The notes below the pieces were generated by a model. It searched no databases. It was not told the DNA's origin and saw nothing but the letters and a program-made list of their open reading frames with translations. Shown here piece by piece: positions 10,297-19,271 of a DNA stretch of 64,000 nt (position 1 is its first letter; each line of letters opens with the position of its first letter). The position numbers and the translations under genes were made by a program. This DNA comes from a virus: positions 64,001 to 128,000 of the IMG/VR virus record IMGVR_UViG_3300021197_001752; one strand, written 5' to 3'.

Positions 10297-11415
10297 CTAT
10301 TTTACCTGGTACCAGGCTTTATGAGAACCTTCGCTAATCCAAACAAAGGTTAAAGCTGATATACCACCTGCATCAGTTAGCTGACTATAGGACCCGCTGA
10401 TTAGTCCTGCTGGTAAAATCATAGTGTTATTTGTTGAACCATTTTGGGCTATGATAGTAAGACGCTGACCAGAATTAGTGGCAACTGGAAAGTTTAAAGC
10501 GTGCACTTCCTGACCACCCATTTCACTGCCGTTGATGGAGTCTGCGTCTAATAATATAATACCTGAAGTTGTAGAAAGAGTACTGCTAGTTCCACTACCA
10601 AGATCTTGTGTTGTTACATCGGTTGCAAAAAAATCTGATTTAGTTGTGCCTATTACTTCCAAGTCTGTAGATGGAGTGCTTGTATGAATGCCGACATAGC
10701 CGTTAGTTCCCTCAATAGTAATCCGAGCTTTGTGTCCGTTGTTTGATGAATCATTGGCAAGCTGAATGGGTCTAAGGTTTGAATTGGCGTGGTTTGGGCA
10801 AAATGCGTCAAGAAAATATGCACCAGCCAAAGAGTCAGTATATGTGGTTCCTGCGGTACCCTCCAGAGCCATGGAGGCAAGGCGATTGCCTCGCCCAGTG
10901 GCATCCGTCAGACTATCTGAATAGTAGTCAATAAAGGGATTATCTGCTTCGCCAGTGGTGTTAGCAGTATCAGCGATTAGTTTAATCCCCACATCTCTCT
11001 TGCTTCTTAATCTAATAATAGCATCAGCCTCATGACCCGTAATAGCATCAAACGGATCTGTGATGTCTAAGACTGTTTGAGGCGAATTATTTCCAATACC
11101 AATTCGGTTAGTGCCGCCATCAATATAGAACATATGAGTATTATGATTACTTTCTACTCGGAAATCTTTGTCTGCTGAACCTTCGTTAAATACAGCAGCG
11201 CCTTCTACCTTTAAAGTTCCAGTCACCTGATGCACATCACTTGAGTTATCACCTATGGTAATACCACCAGGCTCAATGGAAAGATTAGTTGCATCGTTGA
11301 CCACAAAATTAATTTGATCTACTTCAAAATCTATTTTTGTATGATCGTCGATATCACCAGAAAATGTAATATCTCCCATTTCGCTCTTGCCGCTATGACG
11401 TCCACTGTATCCCAT
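10297..11415 (-). CDS. Tail-fibre-like protein
   Basis: RIGIGNNSP, GYVGIHTSTP..LEV fibre repeats, DFRVESN; start at ATG 11415 (AGAGG RBS). Confidence 0.7.
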   Translation of the reverse strand: MGYSGRHSGKSEMGDITFSGDIDDHTKIDFEVDQINFVVNDATNLSIEPGGITIGDNSSDVHQVTGTLKVEGAAVFNEGSADKDFRVESNHNTHMFYIDGGTNRIGIGNNSPQTVLDITDPFDAITGHEADAIIRLRSKRDVGIKLIADTANTTGEADNPFIDYYSDSLTDATGRGNRLASMALEGTAGTTYTDSLAGAYFLDAFCPNHANSNLRPIQLANDSSNNGHKARITIEGTNGYVGIHTSTPSTDLEVIGTTKSDFFATDVTTQDLGSGTSSTLSTTSGIILLDADSINGSEMGGQEVHALNFPVATNSGQRLTIIAQNGSTNNTMILPAGLISGSYSQLTDAGGISALTFVWISEGSHKAWYQVK

Positions 11416-11450
11416 ATTATAACCCTCTGCCTTATAAGTAGTTTTATATA

Positions 11451-11481
11451 AAACAAAGGGGACACCGAAGTGTCCCCTTTG
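11451..11481 (-). terminator. Intrinsic terminator
   Basis: AAAGGGGACAC-TTCG-GTGTCCCCTTT followed by GTTTT. Confidence 0.9.
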
Positions 11482-11516
11482 AGGTAGCAAACTTTATATA
11501 ACCTATCTACAAAATA

Positions 11517-14045
11517 CTAGTAGATGTCGTATCCCGTACCGTTCCACATCAAGTTGACAGCAGCCATTGGTGAGGACATGGTAAGCGCAGCAAGACCGTC
11601 AAAGGTCATGTTGCTAGCACCAGAGCCTGTTAGGACGACAGCGCCGTCCGATAGACTTTGGTACTTGATAGTAAGCATCTTGCCAGCTTCACTTGCAGCG
11701 TGTACAGGCAAGAAGAGTTTAATATCTTCCGAACCTGATGGTGCGACTGCAAGGTAAGATGGGAAGTTAGCTGCACTAACACTACCCGACACAATGTGTA
11801 TTCTTGAACTGGAAACCAGACCGCCGATCAGATCGACGTTTGCTGGGTACTGAAGTGAGCCGCCCGCCAAGAATGACGATGAATGACCCAAGATCAATGA
11901 ACCAGATGTTCGCACGGTGCCACCAAGAACTTGGTGACCTGCTGACATGTTGGATGATACAGAATCACCCGCTGATGTAATACCACCAGCAGCCTGTACA
12001 ACACCTGCTGCACTAACAGTTAAGGCAGCAGTACCGCCCGAACCACCGACTGCAAGAGTGTCCATACCCACGTCACCGAAAGCACCTGAAGCAAACATTG
12101 ACATGCCAGTTCCTTGGACGTTGCGGAAACCAGAAATATCACTATCACTGTTTACAACAACAGCCTTAGATGCTGCAACTGAGCCAGCAGTAATATCATC
12201 AAGCTGCTCAAGGTCAGCTTCGTTGATCACAGCACTACCGATAGTAAAACCAGCAGCAGTGACAACACCTGAAGCACCAAGCGATGTTACACCAGTAACA
12301 GCACCACCAGCATTAACACCAACAGCGACAACTGCACCAGCAGCAGTAACTGTGAAGGCATCGTCAACATTAAGTCCGCCGTCAAAGGTACCAAGACCAC
12401 TAGCAGCAACTGTGGTTGCACCAGCAATGGCACCAGCAGCACTAATGCCACCACCTTGAAGTGCCAAGCTTGTACCACCTAGTGCATCAAATGTACCAGC
12501 AGCACCAGACAATGCACCTTCGACTGTACCATCACCCTGAACAGTAAGATCACCACCAGAGTCAATCTTCATTGCTTCACTACCAGAGAAAGCAAAGATC
12601 AATTCATCTTCAGCAGCATCATTGAAAGCAATTTCTGCAATTGATTTACCAGCGCCTGGACTTCCGAAGAAGATACCGCCGCCGTCTAGCTGCGAAGCAC
12701 CTGCTGAACCACTACCAATGATGATGCGAACATCTTCAACAGCCAATTCTGTTGCATTGGTGGTGACACGGTTGAAGGCACCTTGGATATCCACGTCACC
12801 CTTAATGGTGAGCTTGCCATCAGCCAATGTCAACAAATCAGCATCATCTGCATGACCGATTTGTACAGCGGTGATGTTACGGAAACCACCCGCATCCTTG
12901 TTAGCATCTACAACGACAGCCTTGTTAGCTGCAACTGTACCATTAGTGATACCGTCAAGCTTCTCAAGGTCAGCTTCGTTGAGATCAGCACTACCAATGA
13001 TAATGCTTGTACCAGCAGTAACGCTACCATCAAAAGCAGCATTGCCTAAGAACGTAGCATTGCCAGAACCTGAGACGGTTCTGCCGCTAATATCACGGGC
13101 ACCTGCGATATCGAGCGAGGCATCTAGGACCATTGCTTTACCAGCAGCGGCTGTACCATCAGTGATACCATCCAACTTCTCAAGGTCAGCTTCGCTCATG
13201 ACAGCACTACCAACGGTAAGACCGCCAGCAGTGAGAACACCTGCAACATTTGCAGTAGACTCAATGTCTAGAGTAAGACCAGAGACGGCCGCCGAAGCAG
13301 ATAGACCTGTTGCAACAACGTGAGTTGCACCAATCGTACCAGTGACGTTAACATTAGCATTGTGAGTAGCAACACCATGAGCGGTATTAGCAGCATGACT
13401 AATCAAGTTGCCTTTAACCTCTAGATCATCACCAACAAAAAGATCGGTGATTGAACCTGATGGTGAGCTAACGCTGACCGAACCAGTAACAGCAACAGCA
13501 GTTAAGCTGTTGAAGCTAGTAGCATCTTTAGTAGCATTTACAACGACCGCCTTAGAGGCTGCAACTGTACCAGCAGTAATACCATCAAGCTGCTCAAGGT
13601 CAGCTTCGCTCATGACAGCACTACCGATAGTAAAGCTGGTAGCAGCCGCAATTGTACCATTAACCGTTAGAGCACCATCTGCTAATTCTAACAAGTCGTT
13701 ATCGGCATTGACACCAATCTTGACCGCTTGGATCATTGATGCACCGAATGCACCAGTAACAGCAGTAACACCTGACATGTAAGTGCCAAGCTGTGCTAGA
13801 GATAGAACTTTATTGCTATCACTATCACTGTCATCCATAAGGATGAGTTCATCAGTGTGCGCTAGAGCACCGTCAGCACCGCCGCCTAGATTGTAGTTTG
13901 TACCAGCAGCTAGGTTTAGATCTGCAACATCGATTGACTTGTCGGCGAATTCAATACCACCTGAAAGTTGTAACTTATCATTAGCACCATCAAGAGCGAT
14001 AGTACCGTTGAGTCTCGCAAGACCCGATTGAAATTTATAAGCCAT
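11517..14045 (-). CDS. Long Gly/Ala-rich fibre protein with internal repeats
   Basis: 842 aa; four copies of GSAxxxEADLE(Q/K)LDxITxG..A.KA.V; strong GAGGA RBS. Confidence 0.8.
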   Translation of the reverse strand: MAYKFQSGLARLNGTIALDGANDKLQLSGGIEFADKSIDVADLNLAAGTNYNLGGGADGALAHTDELILMDDSDSDSNKVLSLAQLGTYMSGVTAVTGAFGASMIQAVKIGVNADNDLLELADGALTVNGTIAAATSFTIGSAVMSEADLEQLDGITAGTVAASKAVVVNATKDATSFNSLTAVAVTGSVSVSSPSGSITDLFVGDDLEVKGNLISHAANTAHGVATHNANVNVTGTIGATHVVATGLSASAAVSGLTLDIESTANVAGVLTAGGLTVGSAVMSEADLEKLDGITDGTAAAGKAMVLDASLDIAGARDISGRTVSGSGNATFLGNAAFDGSVTAGTSIIIGSADLNEADLEKLDGITNGTVAANKAVVVDANKDAGGFRNITAVQIGHADDADLLTLADGKLTIKGDVDIQGAFNRVTTNATELAVEDVRIIIGSGSAGASQLDGGGIFFGSPGAGKSIAEIAFNDAAEDELIFAFSGSEAMKIDSGGDLTVQGDGTVEGALSGAAGTFDALGGTSLALQGGGISAAGAIAGATTVAASGLGTFDGGLNVDDAFTVTAAGAVVAVGVNAGGAVTGVTSLGASGVVTAAGFTIGSAVINEADLEQLDDITAGSVAASKAVVVNSDSDISGFRNVQGTGMSMFASGAFGDVGMDTLAVGGSGGTAALTVSAAGVVQAAGGITSAGDSVSSNMSAGHQVLGGTVRTSGSLILGHSSSFLAGGSLQYPANVDLIGGLVSSSRIHIVSGSVSAANFPSYLAVAPSGSEDIKLFLPVHAASEAGKMLTIKYQSLSDGAVVLTGSGASNMTFDGLAALTMSSPMAAVNLMWNGTGYDIY
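12170..13630. repeat. Four dispersed ~90-bp intragenic repeats
   Basis: Core CTCAAGGTCAGCTTCG recurs near 12207, 12963, 13178 and 13593. Confidence 0.8.
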
Positions 14046-14189
14046 ATTTATTTTCCTCCTAAATATGAGAAAAACTTATTATCTAAATAACATTTTATAA
14101 ACTAATTTATTAGCGTTGTTTGGGTACGCCAATCAGTTCATGGAACCATGATAACCTATAATGTGTTGTATTTTCGGAACCTATTTTGG

Positions 14190-15053
14190 TTAGTAAACGA
14201 AATAACCATTGCTACCATTTGTATATAGGCTGATCGCAGCAAAAGGGGAGCGTAAAAGAATAAAACCTGCACCATCAATTGTTTGTACGCCTGAGGCGGA
14301 AATAGCGATATTATGCGTGTGTGAGTTCCCAAGCTCATCCTTTAACACGAGAGTTTGACCCTCAGTTAAGCTGGATGCGTCTGGGAGTCTAATATCTAAA
14401 TCATCAGTAGCTCTGATAGCAAGATAATAATCTGTTTGAGAAGCAGTAACAGTAGAAGTAACTGCCCTTCTATTCAAAACCAATCCAGCGTTGACAACTA
14501 GCTTGTTACCATCAAAAGTTAGATTAGCTTCACCATTGATTGATCCATCACCACCAGCAGTGGTGAGTCTGTTATTGGAATCATTACTTATCGTTACAGA
14601 ACCGCCACCTGTTGTTAGAACCATTTTATTATTTGCATCTAATGCTAAGAAGCTTCCAGGTCCAGCGACTGACCCTGTTGTTACATCGTCGGATACTAAA
14701 ATGTTACCTGATACATTTAGAGCGCCTGTAAGTTCTAAATCAGTACCATCAAAGGTTAGGTTTGCTTCGCCATTGAAAGAATCTGAATCAACTGAAGTGA
14801 TAAGCCTATTGTCAGAAGCATTGGCAACATTTGGCCCTGAGCTTGACATGTTTACTAGAGTACTATCTGAGAACTTTGCAAACATCTGATTGCCAGACAT
14901 AAACATCTTTACAGTACCCGCAGCAGGTGCACCAGGCACACTAGTAACCTCAGAGAGATTCAGTACTCCGCTTACTTCTAAGTTACCTGTTACGGCAGCA
15001 TCACCGTTGAAGGGAAATAAGTCTACATTTCCGATAACTAATTTAGCAGTCAT
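14190..15053 (-). CDS. Fibre-like virion protein
   Basis: Two NRL.T...NGEANLTFDG repeats; C-terminal domain paralogous to that of 11517..14045. Confidence 0.7.
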   Translation of the reverse strand: MTAKLVIGNVDLFPFNGDAAVTGNLEVSGVLNLSEVTSVPGAPAAGTVKMFMSGNQMFAKFSDSTLVNMSSSGPNVANASDNRLITSVDSDSFNGEANLTFDGTDLELTGALNVSGNILVSDDVTTGSVAGPGSFLALDANNKMVLTTGGGSVTISNDSNNRLTTAGGDGSINGEANLTFDGNKLVVNAGLVLNRRAVTSTVTASQTDYYLAIRATDDLDIRLPDASSLTEGQTLVLKDELGNSHTHNIAISASGVQTIDGAGFILLRSPFAAISLYTNGSNGYFVY

Positions 15054-15112
15054 ATAAAGAGATCCTGTATTATTATATTAGGCATACAAAATAAATAGAT
15101 TGTATATAAAAC

Positions 15113-15136
15113 AAAAAAGCCCCCTTTCGGGAGCTT
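15113..15136 (-). terminator. Intrinsic terminator after tRNA cluster
   Basis: AAGCTCCC-GAAA-GGGGGCTT followed by T-run. Confidence 0.75.
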
Positions 15137-15144
15137 ATTGTGTT

Positions 15145-15220
15145 TGGTGCCCAAAGTAGGACTTGAACCTACAACCTTCGGTTTACAAAACCGCTGCTCT
15201 ACCAGTTGAGCCATTCGGGC
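15145..15220 (-). tRNA. tRNA-Thr(TGT)
   Basis: Cloverleaf GCCCGAA...TTTGGGC-ACCA, anticodon loop TTTGTAA, GTTCAAGTC T-loop. Confidence 0.9.
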
Positions 15221-15221
15221 A

Positions 15222-15298
15222 TGGTAGTCCACCGAGGAATCGAACCTCGAACCTACTGATTATGAGTCAGTTGCTCTAACCAATTGAGCTAGTGGACC
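15222..15298 (-). tRNA. tRNA with CAT anticodon, most likely tRNA-Ile2 (lysidine substrate)
   Basis: GGTCCAC...GTGGACT-ACCA, loop CTCATAA; C4-G69 and C5-G68 pairs; adjacent to tilS. Confidence 0.85.
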
Positions 15299-15307
15299 AC
15301 AGTTCTG

Positions 15308-15910
15308 TTAGTTGTTATTATACCTGCTTTCTACAATTTTTTTAAATGTTTTTTGGATACCTGGGTTAATTTCTTTTGCAACGGGCATCATGTCATGTCT
15401 AATAATACTTCTCATAAACTTTCTATTATTATTGCCAGGGTCAGTTAGGAAAGGAACATTCTTCCGTGTGCACCAGTCAACTAAGTTTTGTTTTGAGGTA
15501 GATAAGAAAGGACGGATAACATTTTTATTTTGATAAGGGATAAACTTTCCTTTACCATGTACAGATGAAAATAGAAACCACTCAATAACGTCGTCTAAAT
15601 TATGTCCAGTTACAATGGGTAGTTTATAGTCATGAAATCGCTTGTAGCGTTCATCCCGCCAGTGCTCCTCAAGTGACTTGCCGCTTGGACGAGATTCTGA
15701 TAAAACGCTGGTTACAAATGGGATTTTCTTACCTGCGCAATAGCTTCTAAGAAAGTGATAAGCTTCGTCGCCAAAGGTTGTACCATGATCAAAATAGTAT
15801 GCTGTAACATTATGATTATTATTAAGGAAATCTAAGATAGCCATAGAATCAGGACCACCACTAACGGCGACTACTAACTCCCTGGGTAACTTCCCTAAAA
15901 CTTTCAGCAT
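15308..15910 (-). CDS. tilS: tRNA(Ile)-lysidine synthetase, catalytic domain only
   Basis: PP-loop AVSGGPDS, DHG, E...R..RY, TGHNLDD..E, IRPF, DPGN...R..IR. Confidence 0.92.
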   Translation of the reverse strand: MLKVLGKLPRELVVAVSGGPDSMAILDFLNNNHNVTAYYFDHGTTFGDEAYHFLRSYCAGKKIPFVTSVLSESRPSGKSLEEHWRDERYKRFHDYKLPIVTGHNLDDVIEWFLFSSVHGKGKFIPYQNKNVIRPFLSTSKQNLVDWCTRKNVPFLTDPGNNNRKFMRSIIRHDMMPVAKEINPGIQKTFKKIVESRYNNN

Positions 15911-15922
15911 CTCGAAACTCCT

Positions 15923-15999
15923 TGGTGATCCAGGCAGGATTTGAACCTGCGACCCACGGTTTAGAAGACCGTTGCTCTATCCAACTGAGCTACTGGACC
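15923..15999 (-). tRNA. tRNA-Arg(TCT)
   Basis: GGTCCAG...CTGGATC-ACCA, ACGGT-CTTCTAA-ACCGT anticodon arm. Confidence 0.95.
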
Positions 16000-16004
16000 A
16001 TATG

Positions 16005-16079
16005 TGGAGCGGATGGTAGGACTCTCACCTACGTCTTTTGAATGGTATCCAAACGCTTTGATCCCTAAGCTACATCCGC
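16005..16079 (-). tRNA. Non-canonical tRNA-Gly(ACC)
   Basis: GCGGATG/CATCCGC acceptor, T73-CCA, TTTGG-ATACCAT-TCAAA arm; aberrant T-loop TGAGAGT. Confidence 0.7.
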
Positions 16080-16279
16080 AAAAGTGAAGAGTTTTCGCCC
16101 AAGTACGCTTAGGGCTCCTGTCCATATTTGTATCTAACCCTACAAACCGTTTTCCACACGCAACTCTTCAAAGGTATGTGGTTACTGAAGGTAGGGACGC
16201 TGGCTCTTTATGCTTCCTGCCAGATCGGTTCGGGTTTAGCCCTGACACTTATCTTCGTCTTGTGTATTTATTTTTCATT

Positions 16280-16498
16280 TTATTCTTCCTCGTCTGGGAC
16301 CCAATTACCAAAGCCAACACCGCCATGCCAGAAATCAATAGCACTTTCTGGTGCTGCTGTCCCTGTGTCTGGGATGACATCAACCCAATCAGTAACAAAC
16401 TTATCTACAGAAGCGTTGAAATCGTCAAGGGATGCCCCTTCTCTGCTGATGATCTCGATTGTAAAATTACACTTCCACTGTTTTTTATTTTCAGGCAT
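16280..16498 (-). CDS. Hypothetical protein
   Basis: AGGAG RBS, fits operon. Confidence 0.6.
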   Translation of the reverse strand: MPENKKQWKCNFTIEIISREGASLDDFNASVDKFVTDWVDVIPDTGTAAPESAIDFWHGGVGFGNWVPDEEE

Positions 16499-16508
16499 TA
16501 CGATCTCC

Positions 16509-16778
16509 TTAAAAGGTTAGCCAGTAAATAGGTTGTTCTAAATTCAAAAGTGCTCCACCAATCATACCAACACTGATTCCTGCCAGAAACATTAGTGGCT
16601 GCATCCATCGTGATCTGTAAGCCCGACCAGCGTCAATAGAAGCATCAATGATGAACTTAGGTGATACACCCCAATCAGGAGTCATCATTTCTTCTGGTGT
16701 CAATCTACCACTCTCAAGACACTTGAGAAGAAACTCATACATATCATCTGTATTATCAAACTCTTTTAAGTGACTCAT
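16509..16778 (-). CDS. Hypothetical membrane protein
   Basis: AGGAG RBS; C-terminal hydrophobic helix. Confidence 0.6.
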   Translation of the reverse strand: MSHLKEFDNTDDMYEFLLKCLESGRLTPEEMMTPDWGVSPKFIIDASIDAGRAYRSRWMQPLMFLAGISVGMIGGALLNLEQPIYWLTF

Positions 16779-16786
16779 ACTGTCTC

Positions 16787-17101
16787 CTAGATTCCGTAGA
16801 CGCCGATGACGTCTTTTGCTTTGTCTTCAAGAATGTTTCCACGAGAGAAGTTCCGAGCAGGAGACTTCCAAGAAGCAGGCTTCCAAATCAAGCCATCCTC
16901 TTTACTGACGAAGAACCAAACGTGCTGGTTGTATTCGCCCTGTGACTTGATGACTTTGTAATACTTGCCGCCCTCTTTGACTTTGACTTTGGGAACCTCC
17001 AAGTTTGGCAACTTAGAACTGTAGTGTTCACTGACAATCTCAACACACTGACCAATGAAGTCTTGCAGATGAAACTCAACTTCGGGATTTGCAATAGCCA
17101 T
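16787..17101 (-). CDS. Phage hypothetical protein
   Basis: GKYYKV...G.IWKPASWKSPA...RGNI motif. Confidence 0.7.
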   Translation of the reverse strand: MAIANPEVEFHLQDFIGQCVEIVSEHYSSKLPNLEVPKVKVKEGGKYYKVIKSQGEYNQHVWFFVSKEDGLIWKPASWKSPARNFSRGNILEDKAKDVIGVYGI

Positions 17102-17292
17102 TATGCTTCCTTTCGTAATGCTTCTGCGTGGTGATGTTGGATGGGGTACATACTTTTTTTATTTACACCCCAATCCACAACGACCATCTGGTGACCATCA
17201 AACTGGTGACCCTCAAGGCTAATAACTTTACCAATACTATTATGGTAAAGCGGGTGAAAACGGTGACTAACTTTGGAACCTACTTGAATCAT
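17101..17292 (-). CDS. Small KOW/SH3-like protein (putative early gene)
   Basis: IQVGSKV...IGKV...VVVDW; directly after promoter cassette. Confidence 0.6.
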   Translation of the reverse strand: MIQVGSKVSHRFHPLYHNSIGKVISLEGHQFDGHQMVVVDWGVNKKSMYPIQHHHAEALRKEA

Positions 17293-17294
17293 TT

Positions 17295-17341
17295 CTCTCT
17301 CCCTTACAATTTATAATACCACACTATATCAAAGTGTCAAG
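17295..17341 (-). promoter_or_regulatory. Early-type promoter/RBS cassette 1
   Basis: TTGACA-N16(ending TGG)-TATTAT-AAATTGTAAGGGAGAG. Confidence 0.85.
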
Positions 17342-17348
17342 CAAATAT

Positions 17349-17624
17349 TTAAACTTTTTCTAGATTACATGCGTAGTCAACAAACAATCCGATATTAGAC
17401 TCTTTAACACCTACTGGTTGCAGCCGAAACATCAGATGATCCTCAGCACCTTCGTAGGCCCGATCAAAAGCATCGTCGTTAGCTGATGACAAACTTTCCA
17501 CCAAGCACATAACAGGAACTGCTTTGTTACCTGCATCGTCAAAGTTGCCACCTGCCATCACAAGATCCCCAAGCTTGATGGGGCATCGTGCTTTGATTTC
17601 TTCTAAGATTTCTTTGCTTCTCAT
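17349..17624 (-). CDS. Small KOW/SH3-like protein
   Basis: IKLGDLV motif. Confidence 0.55.
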   Translation of the reverse strand: MRSKEILEEIKARCPIKLGDLVMAGGNFDDAGNKAVPVMCLVESLSSANDDAFDRAYEGAEDHLMFRLQPVGVKESNIGLFVDYACNLEKV

Positions 17625-18080
17625 TTATGCCGCCAACTCTAAATCACGCTCGGAGTAGAAAGGATTGTAACTGTCTTCACTACCTGGGTACTGAACCTTG
17701 TAGTTACCGCCAGACTCAGCTTGGATCACCAAGGCAACCTTGCCTGCCAGCTTCCAACGCTGATTACGCTTACTGTTCTTGAACTGAACAAGTGAACCGA
17801 CTTCGTACTTCGGAGGCAGCGGAGCCAGCGAATCAAGTGCTTGCTTGAGATTATCAAGATGATAACCAGCGAAGTAATCAACCATAGCATCACTATGGTC
17901 ATTATAGCGACGCACATGGGGGTTACTGATGTGACCATCACTATTGACCCAAAATGAAATCTCACTCAAAGCACCCTCAAAGCGAACGTAAACTTTGCGA
18001 TCACTCTGGTCGATTTCAACCTCACGACCAACGATGCTGGCACGCTTCTGGATTCTCTTGATAGCATTCTCTAACTTCAT
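17625..18080 (-). CDS. Hypothetical protein with C-terminal KOW/SH3-like domain (putative early gene)
   Basis: KYEVGSLV...YKV...SERDLE. Confidence 0.65.
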   Translation of the reverse strand: MKLENAIKRIQKRASIVGREVEIDQSDRKVYVRFEGALSEISFWVNSDGHISNPHVRRYNDHSDAMVDYFAGYHLDNLKQALDSLAPLPPKYEVGSLVQFKNSKRNQRWKLAGKVALVIQAESGGNYKVQYPGSEDSYNPFYSERDLELAA

Positions 18081-18087
18081 AACTCTA

Positions 18088-18134
18088 TCTCCCTTACAAT
18101 TTATAATACCATAGCACGGCTATATGTCAAGGAA
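18088..18134 (-). promoter_or_regulatory. Early-type promoter/RBS cassette 2
   Basis: TTCCTTGACA-N16-TATTAT-AAATTGTAAGGGAGA, T-rich UP-like region. Confidence 0.85.
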
Positions 18135-18152
18135 ATCAAAATAAAAAAAGAT

Positions 18153-18184
18153 AAAAAAAAGACACCCCCGAAGGAGTGCCTTTC
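18153..18184 (-). terminator. Intrinsic terminator
   Basis: AAAGGCACTCC-TTCG-GGGGTGTCTTT followed by T-run. Confidence 0.85.
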
Positions 18185-18210
18185 TCTTAGCCAAAGCTGT
18201 AGATTACCTA

Positions 18211-18693
18211 TTAGGCACCGACAACAGTAGGCTCGAATCCAAACCATTGGGTTGCATCGGCTGCGATACAAACCAACATTGCATTTGCAGCAACAGTAAT
18301 TGCAGCATTATCAGACCCAGGTGAAACCTTATCACCCGTTGAAGGAAATACCTCTAAGGTGCTACCTGAGGAGTTCTGGATGAAATAAATATTCCCAGCC
18401 CCAACATCAGCTAAAGCGGGCAATTTAACACCTTTGGTGTTATCTCCACCAGTAACTACAACCATTGCACCACCTGTGGCACTAATAGCTGTCACATCGC
18501 CCTGGTTAGACCCTGCTGCTGTAACAGCCTGCGCTCCGACTGATAAACCTCCACCAAAAAGTGGTGTTGATTGTACCGAAACTGCACCCGTCATCCCGAC
18601 TTGACCCGTCACAGAGAGTGAATTTTGAATTGTAACCCCAGATCCAGCACTTTGTACCAAACCCTTTCCATCACTAAATACCGATTGTACCAT
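18211..18693 (-). CDS. Putative virion structural/decoration protein
   Basis: Gly/Ala/Thr-rich, GVKLP..GNIYFIQN...VFP motif; perfect AGGAGG RBS, own promoter motif and terminator. Confidence 0.65.
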   Translation of the reverse strand: MVQSVFSDGKGLVQSAGSGVTIQNSLSVTGQVGMTGAVSVQSTPLFGGGLSVGAQAVTAAGSNQGDVTAISATGGAMVVVTGGDNTKGVKLPALADVGAGNIYFIQNSSGSTLEVFPSTGDKVSPGSDNAAITVAANAMLVCIAADATQWFGFEPTVVGA

Positions 18694-18800
18694 AATATCC
18701 TCCTATCTTACATGCTTCCGACACGAGGCGTAAGTTCCCTCAATTATGGTCGTGTGTCGGGCTTATAATAAATAGCACGTTACTTGTGCAAATGTTAAAT

Positions 18801-19271
18801 TTATTTACCCCAGTTAGGGAATCTTTTTTTATAATATATTCTTAGTCGGTTGACCTTGTTGGCGTAAGCTAATATTTTATCTTTGTTCTTTGAAACTTTC
18901 CACCCTGGTCCGCCATTATAGCAGGCAGGAAGATTTAGTCCTTGGCATGTTTTATACCTTCTCATTTCTTTCAGGACAACCATCGCTGCAACCGTTGCAT
19001 GGTAAGGATTAGACATGTCTTTATAAAATGTTTTTCTGTCTTTATATTCCCACTCTCTGCCCCAGAAAGACCAGTTGATTTGAAATAGACCATAGTCATT
19101 AGTTTTAGATATACTGAATGGATTTAGTCTAGATTCTACCCACGCTATTGAAACCAGTAGGTATGGGTCTTCTCCAACGGGTCTAGCCTTTTCAATTATT
19201 GTATGAGCCATAGACGTCTGTTGTACCGTGAAGTACGACGGGAAACTTAAAGATAATAATAACCACAACAT
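18801..19271 (-). CDS. Lytic transglycosylase (SLT domain) with N-terminal signal/anchor
   Basis: IAWVESR, DYGLFQIN, CYNGG. Confidence 0.85.
   Translation of the reverse strand: MLWLLLSLSFPSYFTVQQTSMAHTIIEKARPVGEDPYLLVSIAWVESRLNPFSISKTNDYGLFQINWSFWGREWEYKDRKTFYKDMSNPYHATVAAMVVLKEMRRYKTCQGLNLPACYNGGPGWKVSKNKDKILAYANKVNRLRIYYKKRFPNWGK

Noticed and set aside
11524-14889. Multiple plus-strand ORFs across the fibre genes
   Set aside because: Antisense artefacts of Gly/Ala/Thr-rich coding sequence
15050-15232. 60-aa ORF
   Set aside because: Overlaps tRNA-Thr and the terminator
16085-16170. Possible hammerhead ribozyme (stem-GAAA-stem on minus strand)
   Set aside because: No CUGANGA core, and the would-be cleavage triplet ends in G
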